A stretch of DNA of 57,855 nt. Source: Nitrospinota bacterium. Its GTDB lineage: Bacteria > UBA8248. This document shows positions 56,910-57,855 of the stretch, piece by piece; position 1 is the stretch's first letter; each line of letters starts with the position of its first letter. The stretch covers positions 1 through 57,855 of the forward strand of contig JASLZZ010000130.1 in the NCBI GenBank assembly GCA_030754595.1, written 5' to 3'. Both the position numbers and the translations under genes were made by a program. Under the pieces are notes generated by a model. That model saw only the letters and a program-made list of their open reading frames with translations. It was not told where the DNA came from and did not search any database.

Positions 56910-57713
56910 ATGCCTTTTTACCGTTTCGAGGAATTCGGCGAGGAAAAACTCACCCCCCATCTCTCGTCCGCGCGGGGACCCATCATCGAGGGCGATTACA
57001 TCTACTTTTGCCTGGTCTCGAAGGACCCGGGCACCGGGTCCAAACTTCACTATCATCCGAACGAGCTCATGATTTTTCCGGTGGCCGGAAAGATTCACTC
57101 CCTCGTCGGCAAGGACCGGCGCATCGTCGCGCCCGGAACCTTCATCCACATCCCGCCCTACGCGCGCCATCAGATGCTCGCCACCGAGGACGGACAGATA
57201 GACTATCTGTACGTCAAGGACCGCAGCTGGACCGTCGTCGGCATCGCCCAGGACGAGGCCGTCCCCGACGCGGCCCCCACGGTCGAGGCCGTCAACAAGG
57301 AATTCGACGCGGGAAACTACCCCGGCCAGGAAAAAGAGCCCGAAAAGTCCGAGGCCATCGTCGAGGGCCTCCGCAACTCCTACCATCCCATCATCGACTC
57401 CCTCGACGCCCCGCCGTTTTCGACGCTCAACTATAAATGGGTGGAGGGCGAGCGGCTGACCTTCGGCTTCTTCGACCTGCCCGAGGCCTACGAGGAGCCC
57501 TCCGGCGAGAACGCGCACGAACAGTTCATCTACATTATTAAAGGAGTGGTGGACGCCCGGGTGGACGGCGAGCGCGAGACCGTGACCGCCGGCGGGGTGA
57601 TTCACATCCCCAAGGGCTCGAAACGGAGCGTCTCGACCGCGAAGGGAAAGTTCGCCCGCTACGCGACGGTGCGCGCCTCCAAGAATCTAGAGGACCTGCT
57701 CGCCAAGAGCTAG
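56910..57713 (+). CDS. Bicupin protein
   Basis: First cupin GSKLHYHPNE..HIPPYARH; second, degenerate cupin AHEQF..HIPKG. Confidence 0.82.
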   Translation: MPFYRFEEFGEEKLTPHLSSARGPIIEGDYIYFCLVSKDPGTGSKLHYHPNELMIFPVAGKIHSLVGKDRRIVAPGTFIHIPPYARHQMLATEDGQIDYLYVKDRSWTVVGIAQDEAVPDAAPTVEAVNKEFDAGNYPGQEKEPEKSEAIVEGLRNSYHPIIDSLDAPPFSTLNYKWVEGERLTFGFFDLPEAYEEPSGENAHEQFIYIIKGVVDARVDGERETVTAGGVIHIPKGSKRSVSTAKGKFARYATVRASKNLEDLLAKS

Positions 57714-57855
57714 GCTGACCTCCCCCCATTTGTAGTACCACTAGTTACGAGGGTTCTGGAACCATGGACGACGGGCGAAGCAGAGCGAAGCCCGGAGGCC
57801 ATGGTTCTTTCGTTTCAGGTGCTGGGGGCCGATAGCCCAGTGAACCGTGCGGCCT

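Noticed and set aside
39045..57713. Cupins as DMSP lyases (DddK/Q/W) or ectoine synthase
   Set aside because: Only the generic cupin His motifs match; no family-specific motifs or supporting context were recognised.
57847..57855. Group II intron 5' end (GTGCG)
   Set aside because: Only a 5-nt match at the window edge, with no supporting intron domains.

Overview
A GC-rich bacterial genomic window, probably metagenome-derived; taxonomy cannot be fixed from sequence alone. It holds about 58 protein-coding loci and no rRNA, tRNA, CRISPR array or intact transposase that I can recognise. Main blocks: (1) an AT-richer left end (broken HD-GYP gene, rlpA, YyaL-like fragment); (2) CoA/aldehyde metabolism (enoyl-CoA hydratase, a B12 acyl-CoA mutase large subunit with an atypical active site, an AOR-family oxidoreductase); (3) queE and a sugar-nucleotide/glycan-modification cluster; (4) a selenoneine biosynthesis locus (frameshifted senA, senB, convergent egtD) attached to a betaine-type ABC importer; (5) Zur-regulated znuA/zur-znuCB; (6) a small AT-richer islet with a pentapeptide-TIR gene; (7) about 27 kb of uncharacterised catabolic and transport genes (two ABC systems, five cupins, two ACADs lacking the usual C-terminal Glu, and DapA-, OYE-, ASPA- and M20-like enzymes with altered active-site motifs). 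At least six genes carry homopolymer frameshifts or transition-type nonsense codons. The best candidates for undescribed biology are the transporter linked to the selenoneine genes and the divergent catabolic operons. All family calls come from motif recognition by eye, not from database searches.
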